A DNA stretch of 64,000 nt, taken from contig JASFYR010000009.1 in assembly GCA_045047115.1 (NCBI GenBank), forward strand, positions 32,001 to 96,000, in the 5' to 3' direction. Source of the DNA: Sulfurospirillum sp. (GTDB taxonomy: Bacteria > Campylobacterota > Campylobacteria > Campylobacterales > Sulfurospirillaceae). This document shows, one piece after another, positions 49,485 through 59,687 of this stretch. Position numbers and translations under genes: made by a program. The notes below the pieces were generated by a model, which saw nothing but the letters and a program-made list of their open reading frames with translations, was not told where the DNA came from and did no database searches. Positions within the stretch are counted from its first letter, which is position 1, and each line of letters begins with the position of its first letter.

Positions 49485-50965
49485 GAGTCTTCTTGATGTA
49501 TGAAAACAAAGATTTTGTGGTTGATGAAAATTTACCAAAAAATGCTGATACGCTTATGAGTGATTTAGAGTTGAAGCCTCTGTTGGACTGTATGTCAAAA
49601 GAGGATGAATTCTTGTATGCTGTTTCAAAAAAAGCTCTGCTTTGCAGTCTGAAATCAAGAAGAAAAATCAGCTATCGCCAAGAGATATTAAAAGACTGTA
49701 TGAAAAATCCAGCTGTTACAAAAGAGCTGTATAAACTCACGATAAAATCGCTTGCAAAGAAACAGGAGAGTTGGCTTGGAGTTTTTGGCAGATACCCGGG
49801 ATCACTGCTTAGCAGTAGTGTCTCTTTGCTTGATATGTACTTTGAGCTCCTTGAAGAGTTGAGAAAAATCACAGATGAAAATATGCAAAATTTTAACTCA
49901 AGCGGATTCCAAAGATTTTTTAAGATGATTCAAAAAGAGTTGGATAATGAGTATCTTTTGCTTGTCAAAAAACATCTAAAAGAGTTGAAATTTAAAAAGG
50001 GAGTACTGCTTAGTGCAAAGCTCGGCGTGGCAAATGAGGGTGTGGACTATAGATTAAGAAGGAATAAATTAGCAACAAAAAGTTGGCTGGGAAAAATCTT
50101 GACTCCAAAGTCAAAAGAGTACTCTTTTTCACTGCATCCAAGGGACGATGCCGGGGCAAAGATACTTAGAAATCTCAGAGATGAGGGCTTAAACAAGATA
50201 GCAAATTTGCTTAGTTGTTCAGCTACCCATATAGATAATTTTTTCACTTCACTAAGAAAAGAGTTGGCTTTTTATGTAGGTTGTATGAATTTGCAGAAAA
50301 AATTGCAAGAGTTAAATTGTAACTTTGTATTTCCTGGTGTTAGATCTTTGGAGGATAAGGTTTTTTTCTCAAAAGAATTATATGATATCTCGCTTGCACT
50401 CATTAAAAATGCAAAAATCGTGGGAAATGATATAAAAGCCGATGCCAAACTGTTTTTTATAACAGGTGCAAATCAAGGGGGAAAATCAACATTTTTAAGA
50501 AGTGTAGGTCAAGCTCAACTGATGCTGCAATGCGGTATGTTTACATCAGCCCTTAGTTTTGAGGCTACTCTATGCAGCGGAGTCTTTACTCACTTTAAAA
50601 AAGAGGAAGATAGAGCTATGAAGAGTGGAAAATTCGACGAAGAGTTGGCAAGGATGAACGACATAGTGGAGTCCATCAAATCAAATGCCTTAATTTTATT
50701 TAATGAATCCTTCGCTTCAACAAATGAGATAGAGGGTTCATTGATAGCTTCGCAAATCATAGAAGCATTGGTAGAAAAAAATATCAAAGTTTTTTTTGTA
50801 ACCCACATGTATTTCCTTGCAGAAAATTTTTACAAAAAAAAGATGAAAAGTACACTCTTCCTAAGAGCAAATCGAGGCAAAGAGGGTAAAAGAAACTTCA
50901 AAATCACTCCTGCTTCACCACTCACAACAAGTTTTGCCAAAGATATATATGACTCTATCTTTTAA
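49481..50965 (+). CDS. MutS domain-V ATPase B (MutS4-like partner)
   Basis: ATGA overlap; YRQEI, GANQGGKST, THFKKEED, SGKFDEEL, FNESFASTNE, FVTH. Confidence 0.88.
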   Translation: MRVFLMYENKDFVVDENLPKNADTLMSDLELKPLLDCMSKEDEFLYAVSKKALLCSLKSRRKISYRQEILKDCMKNPAVTKELYKLTIKSLAKKQESWLGVFGRYPGSLLSSSVSLLDMYFELLEELRKITDENMQNFNSSGFQRFFKMIQKELDNEYLLLVKKHLKELKFKKGVLLSAKLGVANEGVDYRLRRNKLATKSWLGKILTPKSKEYSFSLHPRDDAGAKILRNLRDEGLNKIANLLSCSATHIDNFFTSLRKELAFYVGCMNLQKKLQELNCNFVFPGVRSLEDKVFFSKELYDISLALIKNAKIVGNDIKADAKLFFITGANQGGKSTFLRSVGQAQLMLQCGMFTSALSFEATLCSGVFTHFKKEEDRAMKSGKFDEELARMNDIVESIKSNALILFNESFASTNEIEGSLIASQIIEALVEKNIKVFFVTHMYFLAENFYKKKMKSTLFLRANRGKEGKRNFKITPASPLTTSFAKDIYDSIF

Positions 50966-51005
50966 GCACGATTTTTGTAGAATAAAAATAAAAAAAAGAT
51001 AACTT

Positions 51006-54000
51006 ATGGAATTTACACATTTACATTTACATACTGAATATTCATTGCTTGACGGTGCTAATAAGATAGAAAAATTAGCCGATGAATTAAAGGCTCAAGG
51101 TGTCAAATCAGTTGCTATCACGGATCACGGCAATATGTTTGGGGCAATTGATTTTTATAAGACTATGCGAAGTGTTGGTATAAAGCCAATAATTGGTATG
51201 GAAGCCTATATACACAATCAAGATGATATAGCCGATAAGACAACTAAACAAAGGTTTCATTTAACACTTTTGGCAAAAAATGAAACAGGCTATAAAAATT
51301 TGATGTATCTATCAAGCCAGAGCTATATACATGGTTTTTACTACTATCCCCGTATAAATAAAAAGATGTTAAGGGAACACAGTGAGGGACTTATCTGTTC
51401 ATCTGCTTGTTTACAAGGTGAGGTAAATTGGCACTTAAATACAAACAATCCAAAAAATGTTCAATTTGGTGCAAAAGGGTTTGAGAGAGCAAAAGAGGTT
51501 GCGCTTGAGTATAAAGAGATATTTGGAGATGATTTTTATCTTGAATTGATGAGACATGGTATAAATGACCAGCTTTTCATTGATAACAGTACACTCAGAA
51601 TTTCAAAAGAGACTGATATAAAAATTATAGCAACCAACGATACGCACTACCTAAAATCAGACAATGCAGAAGCACATGAGGCTTTTATGTGTATAGCTAT
51701 GAATAAAGAGTTTGATGACCCAAATCGTCTGCGTCACTCAGTACATGAGTTTTATCTAAAATCGCCACAAGAGATAAGCGAACTTTATGTCGATATACCT
51801 GAAGCCATAGAGAATACTCAAGAGATAGTCCAAAAGTGTAACTTAGAGATAAAGTTAGGAGATCCAACTCCACCAAAATTTAAATTTACAAAAGAGTATG
51901 CAAAAGCCGAGGGGTTGGATATAGATAATGATGATGAATTTTTTAGATACCAGTGTGAAGAAGGTTTAAAAGATAGGCTAGAGCTCGTAGATGAAAGTTT
52001 GCACGAAGAGTATAAAAAAAGACTTAAAAGAGAGATGGATGTAATTTGCGGCATGAAATTTCCAGGCTATATGCTGATAGTTTGGGATTTTATACGAGAG
52101 GCGAAGAAAAGAGCAGTACCTGTGGGACCAGGCAGAGGAAGTGCAGCTGGGAGTTTGGTAGCATATTCACTCAAGATTACTGATATTGATCCAATGAAGT
52201 ATGATTTGCTTTTTGAGAGATTTTTAAACCCTGAGAGAGTGAGTATGCCGGATATCGATATTGATTTTTGTCAGAGTAGAAGAGGGGAGATTATCGATTA
52301 TGTGGTGCAAAAGTATGGCAGATACAATGTTGCCCAAGTCATCACTTTTGGTAAGCTTTTAGCAAAGGGAGTCATCAGGGATGTTGCCAGAGTTTTGGGT
52401 GTAGAGTATGCAAAGGCCGATAAGATGGCAAAACTTATACCCGATGAGCTTGGCATCACACTAAACGGCAAGATGAAAAATGGAAAAAAAGTTGACGGTG
52501 CTTTTCAAAAAGAGGAGAAGTTAAGAAAATGGATAGAGGAAGATCCTCAAATAGCCAGAGTTTGGAAGTTTGCCCTTGCTCTTGAGGGTTTGAATCGTAA
52601 CTCAGGTATGCATGCAGCGGGAGTTGTCATAAGCGATGAGGAACTTTGGCACAAAACTCCACTATATAAGCCCTCAGGTGAAGACCAGCAACTCGTTACT
52701 CAATACTCACTAAACTATCTTGAAGATGTGGATTTGATAAAATTTGACTTTTTGGGCTTGAAAACTCTTACTGTTATAGACAATGCACTTAAACTCATAA
52801 AAAGAAGATATGATAAAGATATAGATTTTAATACCCTTGATGTAAATGACCCTGAAATCTATAAGCTGATTCAAAGCGGTCACACTATAGGACTGTTTCA
52901 AATAGAATCCAGTGGAATGCAATCTTTAAATGAGAGACTAAAGCCGACAGCATTTGAAGATTTGGTAGCGGTTTTGGCTCTGTATCGTCCGGGTCCGATG
53001 GAATCAGGTATGCTAGATGATTTTATAGATAGAAAGCACGGAGTAAAAGAGATAGACTACTTTTATGATGAGTTTACAGAGCCGCTTGAGCCGATACTAA
53101 AGCCAACTTACGGAGTTATCGTCTATCAAGAACAGGTTATGCAGATAGTGCAGACCATAGGCGGCTTTAGTCTTGGTAAAGCAGATATTGTTAGAAGGGC
53201 CATGGGTAAGAAAAAGTTTGACTTGATGAAAAAGTATAAGGAGGAATTTGCAAACGGAGCAAAAGAGCAGGGCTACAAATACGAGCATGCTATGGAGCTT
53301 TTTGAGTTAATAGAGAAGTTTGCAGGATACGGTTTTAATAAATCCCACTCGGCAGCTTATGCGATGATCACTTTTCAGACCGCTTATCTGAAGTGCTACT
53401 ATCCGCAAGAGTTTATGGCAGCACTCTTGACAAGTGAACAGGACAATACAGACAAAATAGTAAAATATATAGATGAGGTCAAACGACTTGGCATAAAACT
53501 CTCCCCCCCAAATGTTAGAAAGAGTATGATTGAATTTACGGCTATAAAAGATGATGAGGGCGAAGAAACTATACTTTTTGGTTTAGGAGCATTAAAGGGT
53601 ATGGGCTCTTCTGCTATCACAAAAATTCTTGAAGCTAGAGAAGATGGCGGATTTGAAGATTTGGATGATTTTCTTTCTAAAATAGATACTTCAAAAGTAA
53701 ACAAAAGAGTTATAGAATCACTGATAAAATCAGGTAGTTTCGATGGTTTCTCTTATACCAGGAGGGCTTTGTTAGATAATATAGAGAAGATTGTAGATAC
53801 TGCGGGCGAATGTGCGAGAGCCAAAAAGATGGCAGAAAATTCACTTTTCGGTGATGATAAAGAGCTAATAGCTCTACATGTAGAGATAGATAATATTGCT
53901 GAATTTGACATGAAAAAAGTACTTGAGTTTGAGAAAGAGACTATGGGATTTTATGTCTCCGGTCATCCGCTAGATGAGTTTAGAGCAGAGATTGACGAGA

Positions 54001-54539
54001 TAGATTATACGCTATCGAGTGAAGTTGAAAATCTGGGTGACGGTAGTACGGCACTGTTTATCGGCAAAGTGGAAGAGATAGTAGAAAAAATCAGCAAAAA
54101 AGGAAATAAATTTGCGATTTTAAATCTTATGGACTTTCATGGCAATATTGAGATAACACTATTTTCAAAACATTTAGATAAGATACAAAACATGAACAAA
54201 GAAGAGCCAATATGTCTAAAAGTTGCAGTTTCAAGAGATGATAGAGGCATAAACAAAAGAGTCCTTAAAATTTTGGATTTAAAAGATGCCAAAAAAGAGA
54301 AGACGGACACAAAAACCATAGAAATTCCATCAGAACCAAAGACTCTCATTATAGACTTTAGTAAAGATAGCAGGATTTTGGACGATGTTTATAGGCTAGT
54401 AAGAGAAAATCCGGGAAACAGACCATTAAAACTTGTGATTTCCTCAAAACTCCAAGATGTAGTCATAGAGACATTTTTAAAAGTTTCAGACGAGATAGAT
54501 GATAAGATAAAAGAGATAGAAGAGGTAAAAGTAGCCTAA
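51006..54539 (+). CDS. dnaE: DNA polymerase III alpha subunit
   Basis: HLHTEYSLLDG PHP domain, GRGSAAGS, MPDIDIDF, KFDFLGL, GFNKSH. Confidence 0.98.
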   Translation: MEFTHLHLHTEYSLLDGANKIEKLADELKAQGVKSVAITDHGNMFGAIDFYKTMRSVGIKPIIGMEAYIHNQDDIADKTTKQRFHLTLLAKNETGYKNLMYLSSQSYIHGFYYYPRINKKMLREHSEGLICSSACLQGEVNWHLNTNNPKNVQFGAKGFERAKEVALEYKEIFGDDFYLELMRHGINDQLFIDNSTLRISKETDIKIIATNDTHYLKSDNAEAHEAFMCIAMNKEFDDPNRLRHSVHEFYLKSPQEISELYVDIPEAIENTQEIVQKCNLEIKLGDPTPPKFKFTKEYAKAEGLDIDNDDEFFRYQCEEGLKDRLELVDESLHEEYKKRLKREMDVICGMKFPGYMLIVWDFIREAKKRAVPVGPGRGSAAGSLVAYSLKITDIDPMKYDLLFERFLNPERVSMPDIDIDFCQSRRGEIIDYVVQKYGRYNVAQVITFGKLLAKGVIRDVARVLGVEYAKADKMAKLIPDELGITLNGKMKNGKKVDGAFQKEEKLRKWIEEDPQIARVWKFALALEGLNRNSGMHAAGVVISDEELWHKTPLYKPSGEDQQLVTQYSLNYLEDVDLIKFDFLGLKTLTVIDNALKLIKRRYDKDIDFNTLDVNDPEIYKLIQSGHTIGLFQIESSGMQSLNERLKPTAFEDLVAVLALYRPGPMESGMLDDFIDRKHGVKEIDYFYDEFTEPLEPILKPTYGVIVYQEQVMQIVQTIGGFSLGKADIVRRAMGKKKFDLMKKYKEEFANGAKEQGYKYEHAMELFELIEKFAGYGFNKSHSAAYAMITFQTAYLKCYYPQEFMAALLTSEQDNTDKIVKYIDEVKRLGIKLSPPNVRKSMIEFTAIKDDEGEETILFGLGALKGMGSSAITKILEAREDGGFEDLDDFLSKIDTSKVNKRVIESLIKSGSFDGFSYTRRALLDNIEKIVDTAGECARAKKMAENSLFGDDKELIALHVEIDNIAEFDMKKVLEFEKETMGFYVSGHPLDEFRAEIDEIDYTLSSEVENLGDGSTALFIGKVEEIVEKISKKGNKFAILNLMDFHGNIEITLFSKHLDKIQNMNKEEPICLKVAVSRDDRGINKRVLKILDLKDAKKEKTDTKTIEIPSEPKTLIIDFSKDSRILDDVYRLVRENPGNRPLKLVISSKLQDVVIETFLKVSDEIDDKIKEIEEVKVA

Positions 54540-55114
54540 AATGATGGCGGCGTGATAGCGCTTATGTATGAGGCTCTTTGGTTACTTCTGTTTTCTATTT
54601 TATGTGGAACTTCTGGGTTAAATCTTATGCTGTCTCCCTCGTTTAAAGTGTAATTGAGTCCACCGATCTGGATCTCTATGGTACCGCTGAGTACAAAATC
54701 GCACTCCTCCCCGCCTTTTGTGTGTGGGAGTGCATCGTCTGTGACTCTGCCGGCTTCGAGTTCAACCAATACAAACTCAATATCTCCTTGAAGATCCGGT
54801 GTTAGCATTTCGCATTTGTACAATGGGTCAGGAAAGGAGATTTTTCTTCTTTCATTTTTTCTAACTATATGAAAAGATTCATAACTATTTTGTTGTTTCA
54901 AATCTTCTTTGTTTTCAAAAAGAGATGCCAAAGTAGTGTTTAAAACTTTTGCAATTTTTCTAAGAGTTTCGACCGAGCCCTGGGTTGAGCCTCTTTCAAG
55001 TTGAGAAATCATACCTGCGGTTATCTTTGCTTTTTTAGCCAACTCTTTTGTGCTTATACCCTTGGCAACTCTAAGTTTTTTTATTTTCTCTCCGATGTTG
55101 AAGTTCTCTTCCAT
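54536..55114 (-). CDS. XRE-family HTH-cupin transcriptional regulator
   Basis: HTH (ISQLERG...SVETLRKIA) plus cupin (GDSIRF, PHKIEN); divergent from ald. Confidence 0.92.
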   Translation of the reverse strand: MEENFNIGEKIKKLRVAKGISTKELAKKAKITAGMISQLERGSTQGSVETLRKIAKVLNTTLASLFENKEDLKQQNSYESFHIVRKNERRKISFPDPLYKCEMLTPDLQGDIEFVLVELEAGRVTDDALPHTKGGEECDFVLSGTIEIQIGGLNYTLNEGDSIRFNPEVPHKIENRSNQRASYISAITPPSF

Positions 55115-55163
55115 CTTTATATCCTTCTTTTGGTAACATAATTATACCAAAATATATAAATTA

Positions 55164-55238
55164 TTTAATAATATTAAAGTTATATTGTTTTTTATGCAAT
55201 ATTTAGTTAATATTATTAAATAATTTAATAGTATTAAA
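55164..55238. promoter_or_regulatory. Three 15-bp palindromic operators TTTAATAnTATTAAA
   Basis: 55164-55178 (perfect), 55206-55220 (1 mismatch), 55224-55238 (perfect). Confidence 0.65.
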
Positions 55239-55247
55239 GGATTTGTT

Positions 55248-56354
55248 ATGAAAATAGGTCTTATCAAAGAGATAAAGGTTCATGAGTACAGAGTTGGTCT
55301 TACACCTGATTGTGTTGCTTCGTACACTAGTGCTGGCCACACCGTATATGTAGAAAAAGGAGCAGGTGAAGGGGCGGGTTTTGGCGACGAAGAGTATGTC
55401 GATAAAGGCGGGATTATTGTAGATGAAAAGAAAAAAATCTTTGATGACTCAAATATGATTGTTAAGGTCAAAGAGCCTCTTCCACAGGAATATGATTTTT
55501 TCACAGAGGGGCAAATTCTCTATACATACCTACACCTTGCAGCTGATCCGAAACAGGCAAAAGCACTGATGGACAAAAAGGTAAAAGCAGTTGCCTATGA
55601 GACTATCACAGACAGTAACGGTCACTTACCATGTCTGACTCCGATGAGCGAGATAGCAGGGAGACTTGCCACTCAAGAGGGCGCAAAATATCTCGAAAAG
55701 CCTTTTGGTGGAAGAGGAGTTTTGCTAGGTGGAGTTCCGGGAGTTAAAAGAGGCAATGTTGTAATTATTGGTGGCGGTATAGTAGGTATGAATGCCTGTA
55801 AGATGGCTGTTGGACTTGGCGCAAATGTTACTATATTGGATATTGCAGCCGATAGATTAGCGTATTATGATGATATTTTTGGTTCGCAGGTCACTACACT
55901 CTACTCAAACAGGACAAATATACTAAATGCTATAAAAGAAGCAGATTTGGTTATAGGTGCTGTTTTGATTCCAGGAGCTGCTGCACCAAAACTTGTCTTG
56001 GAAGATGATCTGAAACTGATGAAAAAAGCCTCCGTTATCGTGGATGTGGCAATTGATCAAGGTGGATGTTTTGAGACTTCGCATGCTACATATCATGATA
56101 ATCCAACATATACAGTAAATGGTGTAGTGCACTATTGCGTAGCAAATATGCCAGGAGCTGTATCTTTGACTTCTACCTTGGCGCTTACCTCAAATACTCT
56201 AAGATATGGATTGGCAATAGCTAGTAAAGGCTTGGAAAAAGCACTCAGTGAAGATAAAAATCTTCTAAATGGTTTAAATGTTTATGAGGGAAAATGCACA
56301 AACAAAGCTGTAGCAAGAAGTTTGGGTATAGAATATGAAGAGATAAAATTCTAA
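55248..56354 (+). CDS. ald: Alanine dehydrogenase
   Basis: [43 protein letters not shown]. Confidence 0.96.
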   Translation: MKIGLIKEIKVHEYRVGLTPDCVASYTSAGHTVYVEKGAGEGAGFGDEEYVDKGGIIVDEKKKIFDDSNMIVKVKEPLPQEYDFFTEGQILYTYLHLAADPKQAKALMDKKVKAVAYETITDSNGHLPCLTPMSEIAGRLATQEGAKYLEKPFGGRGVLLGGVPGVKRGNVVIIGGGIVGMNACKMAVGLGANVTILDIAADRLAYYDDIFGSQVTTLYSNRTNILNAIKEADLVIGAVLIPGAAAPKLVLEDDLKLMKKASVIVDVAIDQGGCFETSHATYHDNPTYTVNGVVHYCVANMPGAVSLTSTLALTSNTLRYGLAIASKGLEKALSEDKNLLNGLNVYEGKCTNKAVARSLGIEYEEIKF

Positions 56355-56362
56355 ATATTATG

Positions 56363-56387
56363 GATATGGGCTTATACAGCCCGTATC
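56363..56387. terminator. Stem-loop between convergent ald and CBS genes
   Basis: gatatgggct/agcccgtatc. Confidence 0.6.
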
Positions 56388-56785
56388 TACTCGATATCTT
56401 TTAAATAGTTTTCCATAACATCAGTCATGGTTAGAATTCCCTCTATCTCATTGTTGTCAACAACAAGGAGTCTTTTTACATTGCCTCTGACCATTAGTTG
56501 AACTGCATATTTTACATCTAATTGCTGCGATATTTGATATGCGGGTTTTGTGCAGACATCATAAACTCTAAGCAGGTCAATATCTTCATCATTTGCTATG
56601 ATTGAAAAAAGAATATTTTTATAAGTTAAGATCCCATAAGCATCACTTGGTCTGATTTTATCCACTATGAGTGACTTTACTTTTCTGTCTCTCATTTGCT
56701 TAAGAGCCTCTCTTAGCGGCGCCATTGGTGAGATTATCGCCAAATTTCCTTTGCACATTATATCTTTGACAAGTTTATAGTTCAT
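56387..56785 (-). CDS. Stand-alone CBS-pair protein
   Basis: VKDIM, YGILT, GILTMTD; ATG 56785 after AGGAGG. Confidence 0.88.
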   Translation of the reverse strand: MNYKLVKDIMCKGNLAIISPMAPLREALKQMRDRKVKSLIVDKIRPSDAYGILTYKNILFSIIANDEDIDLLRVYDVCTKPAYQISQQLDVKYAVQLMVRGNVKRLLVVDNNEIEGILTMTDVMENYLKDIE

Positions 56786-57128
56786 CTTCAACCTCCTTTT
56801 CAAAAAGTTCTATCTCGTCTGTGTCGAGTCCAGCTAAGTGAGTTAGGCTAAAAGTAAAAATTATACCGTTTTTATTTTCTTTGCTGTCCAATCTAAGCTC
56901 CTTCTTTAGCATTTTAAATATAGAGATAGATATCTTTTTAGGCAAAATAAATAGAAGAATTGAGACATTCTCTTCTAAAGTCAGTCCAAAAAAGACCTTC
57001 TTCTCTTCTAATCCTATATTTTTTCCATGCAGTATCGTTACGCTTCCCGCTCCTGCCTTTTTTGCTAGTTCTATAACTTTTTCTTCCTGTGCATCCGGGA
57101 TTATCGCACATAGAGTGATAAATTGCAT
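56775..57128 (-). CDS. P-II-like regulatory protein
   Basis: AKKAGAGSVTILHGKNIG, GIIFT; start placed at MQFITL (57128) after AGGAG. Confidence 0.8.
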   Translation of the reverse strand: MQFITLCAIIPDAQEEKVIELAKKAGAGSVTILHGKNIGLEEKKVFFGLTLEENVSILLFILPKKISISIFKMLKKELRLDSKENKNGIIFTFSLTHLAGLDTDEIELFEKEVEDEL

Positions 57129-57129
57129 A

Positions 57130-58626
57130 CTATTTTCTCCTTTTTGATATTTGTGTTGCCAGGATTCCATATCCCATAACTGTGATCATAGGAAACAGCG
57201 AAGCAAAGGCTATCAAGCCAAAGCCATCTATAAGTGGACTTCTACCTTCTATATTTTGTGCCAGCCCCAGACCAAGAGCTGCAACAAGTGGAACTGTGAC
57301 GGTTGAAGTCGTAACCCCACCGCTATCGTATGCTATGGGGATGATGTATTTTGGCGCAAAGTATGTCATAATGATAACTAAAACATATCCTGTAATGATA
57401 TAGTACATGATAGAATCTCCCTGTACTATCCTGTAGGCTCCCAAAGATATACCGATTGCCACACCAATTGCAACAGATACTCTTAGTGTCGTACTGTTTA
57501 TATTTCCCTCGCTTATCTCATATGCTTTTGTAGCTATGGCAATTAGAGCCGGTTCTGCCATAGTGGTTGAAAAACCTATAAGAAATCCAAATAGATATAT
57601 AAGTAGATTGTTTCCCATACCTGTCAGTGAGAGTGCTAAATTCTCACCTATCGGAAAGAGCCCTAGTTCGAGTCCAAGTATAAAAGCATAGAGTCCGATA
57701 GCAACCAAAAAGATACCGCTGCTGACCTTTGGTAAATGCGGAATCGGTTTTTTGATGATGAGATACTGGAAAAAGCCTATAACTAACAGTATAGGTAAAA
57801 TATCTTTGGCGACATATAGAAAATCTATAAGAATCTTATAAAAACTGTATCTATTCTCTTGATTTATGATACTATTTACATCGACTGCTGTTTTGGTTAT
57901 GGTTTGTGCATCTAAAAAATTATATACAACTATGCCATAAATTTGCACAAAAATCATGGGCATTAACGATGCAAAAGCTATAAGTCCAAAGCCATCAATT
58001 GCAGGATTTCTACCCTTGATGCTTGATGCCAGCCCGATGCCCAAAGCGGCTACGAGGGGCACTGTTACGGTTGAAGTCGTAACTCCACCGCTATCATATG
58101 CAAGTCCAATGATTTGAGATGGGGCAAACAGTGTTGTGATGACGACTATAACATAACCAACGATTATATAGTAGTGCACAGGATGACCCAGAAGTATCCT
58201 GAAAACTCCTAGTGATATAGCAAAACCAACTGAAAATGCGACAGTTAATCGCAAAAAAAGAGCATCTATTCTTCCATCACTTATGAGAGATGCTTTATCT
58301 GCTATAGCTATCAAAGCAGGTTCGGCTATGGTTGTGGAAAAACCGATAAAAAATGCAAAAAGCAGAAGCCAAAAGAGTGATCCTTTTTTGGCAAAGTCGT
58401 TGGCTAAATTTTCTCCGACAGGAAATATGCCTATCTCTAAACCTCTTATAAATATAGCTAATCCAACTATAATAATCATAACACCTATGACGATTGAGAG
58501 TAGATTTTGAGGTATTTTAGCAATTATAAAGGTTTGAAAAAATGCTACTACTATAATAATTGGAATCATATCTTTGAAAGAGTTTTTTAGATCAGATAAA
58601 AAGATATGAATTTCGTTTTCAAACAA
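57130..58626 (-). CDS. Fused double-DUF1538 membrane protein
   Basis: Two copies of GIFPVGE/GLFPIGE, AEPAL, AYDSGGVTTSTVTVP, DGFGLIAFASL. Confidence 0.88.
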   Translation of the reverse strand: MFENEIHIFLSDLKNSFKDMIPIIIVVAFFQTFIIAKIPQNLLSIVIGVMIIIVGLAIFIRGLEIGIFPVGENLANDFAKKGSLFWLLLFAFFIGFSTTIAEPALIAIADKASLISDGRIDALFLRLTVAFSVGFAISLGVFRILLGHPVHYYIIVGYVIVVITTLFAPSQIIGLAYDSGGVTTSTVTVPLVAALGIGLASSIKGRNPAIDGFGLIAFASLMPMIFVQIYGIVVYNFLDAQTITKTAVDVNSIINQENRYSFYKILIDFLYVAKDILPILLVIGFFQYLIIKKPIPHLPKVSSGIFLVAIGLYAFILGLELGLFPIGENLALSLTGMGNNLLIYLFGFLIGFSTTMAEPALIAIATKAYEISEGNINSTTLRVSVAIGVAIGISLGAYRIVQGDSIMYYIITGYVLVIIMTYFAPKYIIPIAYDSGGVTTSTVTVPLVAALGLGLAQNIEGRSPLIDGFGLIAFASLFPMITVMGYGILATQISKRRK

Positions 58627-58627
58627 G

Positions 58628-59647
58628 TTATTTTCCCAGTTTTATATGGAACTCTTTGGGATTCTCTTTTATCTCTATGATTCCGTTATGAGCTTTTACA
58701 ATTTGCCAGGCAAGTGCTAATCCCAATCCGTTTCCTTTTGTTTTTGTAGTCTTAAACGGTTCAAAAAGTATGTCTGTATCTTCTATCTCTTTTCCACTGT
58801 CAAATATAGAAAAGATATGGTAATTTTTCTCTTTTTTATACTCTATTTTTATTTTACCATTTCCATTTTCACTCTCTTCTATGGCATCTATGGCATTAAA
58901 TACAAAGTTTTGAAAAACAAGACTTAAGAGTTCAAAATCACCCTCAATTTTGTCATTTGGCAAGTTGTATATAAACTCAATATCTTTGGAATAAGTATAA
59001 AAGGAGACCGATTGTTCAATCTCCTGAACTAAATCGTCCAAACAGAAGAGGTTTTTTTCTACATGTAAACCTTTGGTGAAAAGGAGTGTCGCTTTTATGA
59101 TTCTCTCAACTCTCCATATAGATTTTCTCATCTCAAGTACGATAGGTTTGGTTTTTATATCTACTTTTTTAAAAAGAGTAGATGCTAAAAGAGAGACTGA
59201 GCCTATGGGATTTCTTATTTCGTGAGAGAGATGAGCAGCTATTTGCCCCATGGATATGAGCCTTTCTTGTCTTTTTTCCTCAGTTATGTCAGTAGCACTT
59301 ATAATTGTTTTTTTTGCCTGTTTGACAATCTTGATAATAAAGTATAAATCTTTGTATTTTATCTCTTTTGAGTCTCTGTTTTTCAGTATAATCTTTAAGA
59401 GTCCATCTATTTTTTTTGCTTCCGAGTTTTGCAAAAAGAGATCACCATTCTCATCTATAACCCATAGAGCGTTTGGCTGAACTTCAATAATCTGCTCTAT
59501 GAAGTTTTGTAAAGAAGAGTATGAGGCGTTAAGTTTTTTGTACTCGCTCTCTATAACATAGGTTTGATTTATCAGATCATCGAGACCTTTCTTAAAGGCC
59601 TCTTTTTCACCGCTATTTAGAGAGTTAAGTAAGTTTTCATTTATCAT
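58628..59647 (-). CDS. flgS: Cytoplasmic flagellar sensor kinase
   Basis: No TM; QTYVIESEYKKLN, AHLSHEIRNPIGS, TKGNGLGL. Confidence 0.85.
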   Translation of the reverse strand: MINENLLNSLNSGEKEAFKKGLDDLINQTYVIESEYKKLNASYSSLQNFIEQIIEVQPNALWVIDENGDLFLQNSEAKKIDGLLKIILKNRDSKEIKYKDLYFIIKIVKQAKKTIISATDITEEKRQERLISMGQIAAHLSHEIRNPIGSVSLLASTLFKKVDIKTKPIVLEMRKSIWRVERIIKATLLFTKGLHVEKNLFCLDDLVQEIEQSVSFYTYSKDIEFIYNLPNDKIEGDFELLSLVFQNFVFNAIDAIEESENGNGKIKIEYKKEKNYHIFSIFDSGKEIEDTDILFEPFKTTKTKGNGLGLALAWQIVKAHNGIIEIKENPKEFHIKLGK

Positions 59648-59687
59648 GAGGGCATATCTTTTTTAGCCCCATTATACTAAATTTTTT

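Noticed and set aside
47955..50965. Canonical mismatch-repair MutS1 or MutS2
   Set aside because: Too short; no mismatch-binding or Smr domain; altered Walker B; no mutL nearby
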